Shown here: piece by piece, positions 57,383 to 64,000 of the stretch
Layout: each line of letters begins with the position of its first letter
Position numbering within the stretch: the stretch's first letter is position 1
Assembly (NCBI GenBank): GCA_951406725.2
Contig: OX597819.1
Span: 91,946,001-92,010,000, forward strand
Length of the DNA stretch: 64,000 nt
Origin: Octopus vulgaris
Taxonomy: Eukaryota
Reading direction: 5' to 3'
Notes under the pieces: model-generated
What the model was told of the DNA's origin: nothing
Database searches by the model: none
Seen by the model: the letters and a program-made list of their open reading frames with translations, nothing else
Program-made: the position numbers and the translations under genes

Positions 57383-57444
<62 letters not shown>

Positions 57445-57450
<6 letters not shown>

Positions 57451-58094
57451 AATATAAGAGAGTGGTCACTATATGGCTCACTCTAGCACTAGTTAATCCA
57501 AAAGGTTTCAACCACAAAAATACATGTTTCCCATGAAAGTCAGTACGATTGTTAGCTCACACGGACAGGGCAAATAAAAAATAACAAAAATACAGATTAT
57601 TTTGGGACAATTGTTTCGCTATTAATGAATTAAATGTAATTTTACTTACAAAAAAATCCACTTGTAGCTCCTCAGCCAAAACTATCTGGATGAAATCCAC
57701 TCAATCACACGCCAGATTTTACCATAACGATAAATACACGTGTGGTTCAATTGATTACATCCGACGTTATAATTCAAATGCCCCTACTAACAGCGCGCCA
57801 AACTTTCACGGAAAACAAATACTGCATTTAGAAATAAATGTAGCATAATTATAATTAATTAATAAGGGTGAGAGAATTAGATACTAATTTAATAGTATAT
57901 CTATTCAACACCAAGTGGCCTAGTGCACTAGGCCATATAGTGACCACTCTCTTATATTTATTTTGTAAAAATATTATAATATATTATAAAATATTATAAT
58001 AATCCAGGTTTCTCGGAGCACTAGGCCACTTGGTGTTGAATAGATATACTATTAAATTAGTATCTAATTCTCTCACCCTTATTAATTAATTATA
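57445..58094. mobile_element. Hammerhead-bearing non-coding element, inverted and permuted pair (monomer about 535 nt)
   Basis: 57445-57477 inverts 57932-57964, and 57850-57926 inverts 58018-58094. Flanked by (TA)n. Confidence 0.8.
57600..57681 (-). ncRNA. Type I hammerhead ribozyme, intact core
   Basis: Minus strand uuuugg-CUGAGGA-gcua...uagc-GAAAC-AAUU-GUC-ccaaaa. Confidence 0.8.
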
Positions 58095-58960
58095 TATATA
58101 TATATATATATATTTATTCATTTATGATATTCCTGGACCGAGCGATGCGTTGTGTTCTTAAATAAAAGACTTCCTCTCACGTTGCTCCAGTCCACTCATG
58201 TGGTTAAACTGAGTAATCCTCTTACCGACTGGCGTTCTCCCCTAGCAGGGAATATATACGCCATGGAAACCGCCAGACTGGCCCTCATAGGAAGGAACTT
58301 TACTCTTTTCTATTACATAACACACGCACACACACATACATAATGGATGTAGGTCAGAATTTCCGGAATTGTGCTTTGTGTTGTTGTTCAAAGTGATCTA
58401 CTATGCTCATAGAATTTGTCGGCTGAATAAGTCGCTGAGTTTTACGCAAATACCTTTAACCCTTAATGTAATTCTCAGTCGGAATCAGCGTTCCGCACAA
58501 ATTCCTAATGCACGTATCCCATGATGCAGCAGCATTTGAGACAGATGTACTCTGTGTGTTAAAACGTATATGTAATCTCACTCGATTTTGTGAAATCAAT
58601 ACAGCATTTCGATATGAAATAGAATATCTATAAGGTTTCATTCTTCACACAAAGAGCAAATGACGGGTATACTGAAGCAAAAAAATTGCAATCGAAGAGA
58701 ATTCAGTATTATTCAATCGTATAGCTACTAATGTTAACGTGTGCATTAATCCCAACTCAAACTTTCATAATAAAATACGCCATGTTTATTTAAATATAGA
58801 TAGAGTAAATATAATATGTAGTTCCGTTCAACTTTATTAGAGCCGAACAACGTCGTGGAGTTGGTTGATTTAATTATGATATTATAGCCGTAACGTATAT
58901 TTCAGCGACTGATATCTTATATCTTGGATATCTATATTGTATAATGTAACATTTATATAA

Positions 58961-59600
58961 ATTGTCGTTTTCTTTGTTTGCTTGTTTCTTTTTTCTTTTT
59001 CTCTCTACTTTTCTTTCTTATTGTTTTTCTTTTATCTTTTTCTCTCTCTCCTTCTACCTCTCACCATCCGTCTTCTCCCCTCTCCTCCTCTCTCTATCTC
59101 TTCTCAAACCGTCTCCTCCTTTCTGTCTTCCTCTCTCTCTCCTTCTGTACCTCTGTCCCTTTCTCTCCCCTTTCTCTCCCCTTCTCCTCCCTCTCTCTCC
59201 ATCCCCTCTCTCTATTTTCCTCATTCTCCATCCCTCTCCTCCTTTCCGTCTTTCTTTCTCTCTCTCTCTGTCTCCTTTTCGCCTGTTTTTCTCTTCCTTT
59301 CTCTCCCCTCCATTTCTGTTCCCTTTCTCCTTCTCTTTCTCTTTCCCCCTCTCTCACTCTATCTTTCTTCCTCTTCTATCCTTCTTTCTCTTTCCGTCTC
59401 TCTTTCCCATTCTCTCGCCTTCCCTCCTTCTTTTTCTCTCTCCCTTTCTCTTCCCTCTATTTCTATCCCCTTTCTCCCTCTCCTTCTCTCCTCTCTCCAT
59501 CTCCCGCACCTCCTCTGTATCTCCCCTTCCCGCCATCACTCTCCCTCTCTCTTTCTCCTTCCTTCTCTCCACCTCTGTCCATCGTCCTTCTATGTCACCC
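58961..59600. repeat. Polypyrimidine/polypurine low-complexity tract
   Basis: About 640 bp almost entirely C/T on the + strand. Confidence 0.95.
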
Positions 59601-59820
59601 ACGTTATCTGCTTTATCTTGCGCCATTATCTTTTAAGCTTTACCTAAAGTCAAATTCCAATGTATGGCACATACACTGGAAATGACCATTTCTGAAATCA
59701 ATTCAGTTTTATTACATTCTGTTAAATCGTATTCGATATTATTCCATTGAATTCTATTCTGTTTTAATTTTCTAGATAAGGCCTACACAAGTAGAAAAAG
59801 GAACAAAGCCACATATTACA

Positions 59821-59889
<69 letters not shown>

Positions 59890-60504
59890 CAGAACACAGC
59901 AGATTTTCAAAGAGTAAAACATTGTAAATATATAAATGCTACCATTACAATTTATGCAAGGGAGGAAGTGGGGTAGGGTTTAGTTTTGCTTTAGTTTTAA
60001 TGTTATATTTATTTAAATATTCTTCATTCAATCATATAAAACATTTGACTCTTGTCTCCGTTCCACTTCTGACAAATAGATTTCTTAAGAATTTTCTATT
60101 TTCTTCGCTTTTATCTGTTAATTGTTTCAGTCACTGGACTGCGGCTATGCTGAAGCATCACTTGGAAGGGTTTTAGTCGAACGAATCAACCCCATTACTT
60201 ATTTTGATAAGTCTGCTATTCCTTTTCTGCCGCCATTTCCATTTTTCCATAATAATTGTTTTGTTTTTGTTCTTCTACAGAATTCAATGTTCATAAAATC
60301 TAAATGCCTTTCTTTTGTTTTAAGCTTGAAAACATTGCAAGTTGTGCTTCTAGAGACACTGCCAATTTCAGGACGTGCTGGAGGTGACTAATACGACATC
60401 ACACAATCTGCTAGAGTCTGCATTTAAATTCCTTTAAAACAGATCCTACCATTATTAGAAAAGGGATAAAAAACTCATTTACATTTACGTTTATTAATGT
60501 AATC

Positions 60505-60598
<94 letters not shown>

Positions 60599-60616
60599 GT
60601 CTGTCTGTCTGTCTGC

Positions 60617-60650
<34 letters not shown>

Positions 60651-60704
60651 CTTTCTGTCTTCCTGTTTCTCTCTCTCTTTTACTTCCCTCTCTCTCTCTC
60701 TCAC

Positions 60705-60779
<75 letters not shown>

Positions 60780-60843
60780 TTATTTTATCTAGTTTCAGCT
60801 CACGTGCTGTGGCCATGCTGGGGCACCGCCATTCAATGTGCTA

Positions 60844-60959
60844 TGCTTACTGCACCTAGGTTTCCCAAGCGGTCACCCATCTACGTACTGACTAGGCTCG
60901 ACGTTGCTTAACTTCGATGATCAGACGAAAACCAGTGCTTTCAACGTGATATGGCCGTA
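60844..60959 (-). pseudogene. 5S rRNA-derived sequence (pseudogene or SINE3-type head)
   Basis: Minus strand tacggccatatcacgttgaaagcactggttttcgtctgatcatcgaagttaagcaacgtcgagcctagtcagtacgtagatgggtgaccgcttgggaaacctaggtg matches metazoan 5S rRNA with substitutions; first few nt missing. Confidence 0.88.
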
Positions 60960-62536
60960 TATATATATATATATATACATATATATATTTACACACACAC
61001 ACAGACGGGAAAATCGCACTTTTGATCAAAGGTTTGTCCCATTAGAGCTTACCCGGGCTACGACAACAAAAAACGACAACAGAGGACGTATGGTTTGTTA
61101 AAAGAAGCCAATTATACATTCTTGTTGCTACTTGCACGGCTGAATTATACTTGTCTGTGGCATTTATTTTTCTACCGAAGATACTAAATAAGGCTTAAAC
61201 CTGTCTAACTTTGACTCAAATATTAGCCGAGAAAGAAAACAAAACGCAACCAAAAAAAAAAAAGCAAAACAACAGCAACAAAAAGAAAAAGTTATTAATC
61301 GATTAATATATTTCTTTCCATCTAATTTTTGATTCAAGTCTAGTCTTTTTCATCGTACCAAGACATACAAAACATAATATATACTTTCAGCCAGTTAACT
61401 ATTATTTATCATTGGCATGACATATTGGAATTATCTATTGACAAGTCGACTTATTGAGAATTAAATGCTTCTGGCAAGCAGAGTCGACACGGCTACCGGT
61501 GTTGAGATAAAAACAGTCAACACTTCTGCCGAATTCCGATCGATTCGGAAAGCTGTCATTTTAATTCATTTCAAAATAACTTTTCTCTTATGAGAAATTG
61601 GAAGAAGGGAGAGGGCAGGAGAATGGTGTTGCTGCTCTCTAATCAATTCAGATGGATTTCATTTGATTTAAATTGATTACCTAGGTAAATTTGCAAGATG
61701 CCATTTTCAGTTCGCTTAAATTGCTAATTTGACCAAAGCGTGCGATTAAAAAAACATTGCCATATAATGTAAATAAAACATAATGGTTAAATAATGGCTA
61801 AATATTTTACATTTGATTAACTATGAGAAATGGACAAGCTGAAGGGAAAACGAGAAATATAACATTAATTTTCTAATTAATGACAGAATCTATTTGAGAA
61901 CACATATACAAAGGAAAAAATTAAAAAAATAAAAAAATATAAAAGGTGTAAGTTCCACATTTATATTCACATTAATCTTAATTATATATACTTAATATTG
62001 ATTGCATATATTTATTAATCATAATAAAGAATCATTAACTAATTACTCAAATATAACACACTCGTGGCATTCTTCATTTGACGAAATCAGGATATTAGCG
62101 CTTGGGAGAATTAATAAAATAATATAAAAATAATCATGGCTAAGAATAAAAACGAAGGGAATCAACTTTTCAAGTTTTATATCCATGCATGTATAGAAAT
62201 ATTAAGCATCTAGGCAAAATAAAATTTGCACACACTTACACGCACACACACACACACACACATATAAATACACGCATACATAGAAACTATACCCATGTAT
62301 GAGTATACATATACATATACATATATTGTTATATAAGTATATACATATATTTACACAGACTCACACACATGCATACAAATAGGCGCTGCCGTGGTTGTGT
62401 GATAAGAAGGTTGCTTACCAACCACATGCTTCCGCGTTAAGTCCCACTGCATGACATTTTGGGCAAGTATTTTCTACTCGGGCCAACCAAAGACTTGTGA
62501 GTGGACTTGGTAGATGGAAACTGAAAGAAGTCTCTC

Positions 62537-62614
<78 letters not shown>

Positions 62615-62615
<1 letters not shown>

Positions 62616-62866
62616 CTTTATTTAAAAGCAGCAGAAATATAACAAAAGCTGTTGCTCAGAGTTGCATGTTCCCGTTGTAAAGGTGTATCCTTTAACTAGT
62701 TTTGAACATATTGTTATTTCTGTTCTATTTTACCAAAACTGTCCGACGAATGGGAACGTGAAACTCTGAGTAACAGCTTTTGTTATATTTCTTGTGCTTT
62801 TTACTCTACATCTGGTATTTGAGTACTCTCTTTTTCTACCTTGTTTCACATTTATGTGCTTACTCC

Positions 62867-62868
<2 letters not shown>
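62615..62868 (+). mobile_element. Short fold-back element with hammerhead motif (62739-62776)
   Basis: 62634-62676 inverts 62749-62791. cugu-CCGACGA-augggaacgu-GAAAC-UCUGA-GUA-acag. (TA)n on both sides. Confidence 0.7.
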
Positions 62869-62958
<90 letters not shown>

Positions 62959-62974
62959 TATATATACCGGAGTA

Positions 62975-63049
<75 letters not shown>

Positions 63050-64000
63050 ATAAAAATATCATCTTCCAATTTGTATCGTACAATACACATTTCGACGCTT
63101 CTTATAAAAATCAAATGTCTATCTGTTTACATTTATACATGCATGGTTGATATATATATATATATATATATATATATCATTATAACATATAAGAGGTAAC
63201 AACCATAGGAAACCTAGCACGCTAGAAGTAATAGCCAAAATCCAAACCACCATTAGGGATAACTATCAAAGGGAATGAAAAATAAAAACATCTACCATCT
63301 ATCTCCTGGACCATGGTTTCTAGCTCTATATTAGCAAATAAAATAATTTGCCAGTCGAAGCTTTCATCAACAAAAAACTGCGCTTGCGCAGTGGATTTGA
63401 AAAATTATAATGCATAAGCACGGGGCACATGCTGGATAGCCTCGTATCTATATGTTTAATCTTGGCGAGAAGTTACCTTCTCAAGTCATACCGACTCATA
63501 AGGTTTCATTCCCCACCTGGATGGGTCGCTGGTCCGTCGCAGGGTTACTCATTTTTGCCAGCTGAGTGGACAGGAATAAACGTGAAATGAAGTCTTTTGC
63601 TCAAGAACACAACGCGTCGCCCGGCCCAGGAGCCGAAACCAAAATCTTATAGATAATAGCAGTAACGGAAGCAAGCAGAACAGGAGGGATATAGAAAACA
63701 AGAGAGAAATGTAGAGGAAGAGAGTGAGAAGGTCGCAAATAACCAACAAGTTAATATCTTTTATGTTTTACCTTTTACTTGTTTCGGTCATTTGACTACG
63801 GCCATGCTGGGTCACTGCTTTGAAGGGTTTTAGTCGAACAAATCGACCCCAGGACTTATTTTTGTTGTTATTGTAGTTATTGCAAAACATGCTGACGTCA
63901 ATACCAGAACAACTGTCAGGTATCTTCACAAATTTGGCTACTATGGCAGAACAGCAAGAAGGAAACTACTTCTTCAACCCGCAAATATGAAGCGGTGAAA

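Noticed and set aside
58962-59685. Three overlapping ORFs over 220 aa
   Set aside because: The pyrimidine tract lacks stop codons by composition.
60844-60959. Functional 5S rRNA gene
   Set aside because: The 5' end is truncated, it has multiple substitutions, is solitary, lacks a T-run terminator and is fused to a SINE tail.

Overview
AT-rich, microsatellite-dense eukaryotic DNA; the SINE families and repeat landscape look like an octopus (cephalopod) genome, which is an inference. One host gene is supported: two phase-compatible + strand exons (3079-3535 and terminal 30194-30429, intron about 26.7 kb) encoding a synaptopodin/myozenin-like, proline-rich protein. The rest is repeats: three tRNA-derived SINE families, a 5S rRNA-headed SINE-like copy, mariner and Tigger remnants and MITEs, R4/Dong-type, CR1-like and Tx1-like LINE fragments, and two decayed Penelope-like (GIY-YIG) elements. 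The main signal is about 12 clear and several decayed minimal type I hammerhead ribozyme motifs from at least 6 unrelated short non-coding families. Several are inserted as a unit plus an inverted, circularly permuted copy whose junctions close into monomers of about 284-535 nt, and two carry a tRNA-like Pol III head. This suggests a retrozyme-like or SINE-ribozyme system mobilised by Penelope elements. Almost all ORFs in the supplied track are microsatellite artefacts. All coordinates and alignments were read by eye.
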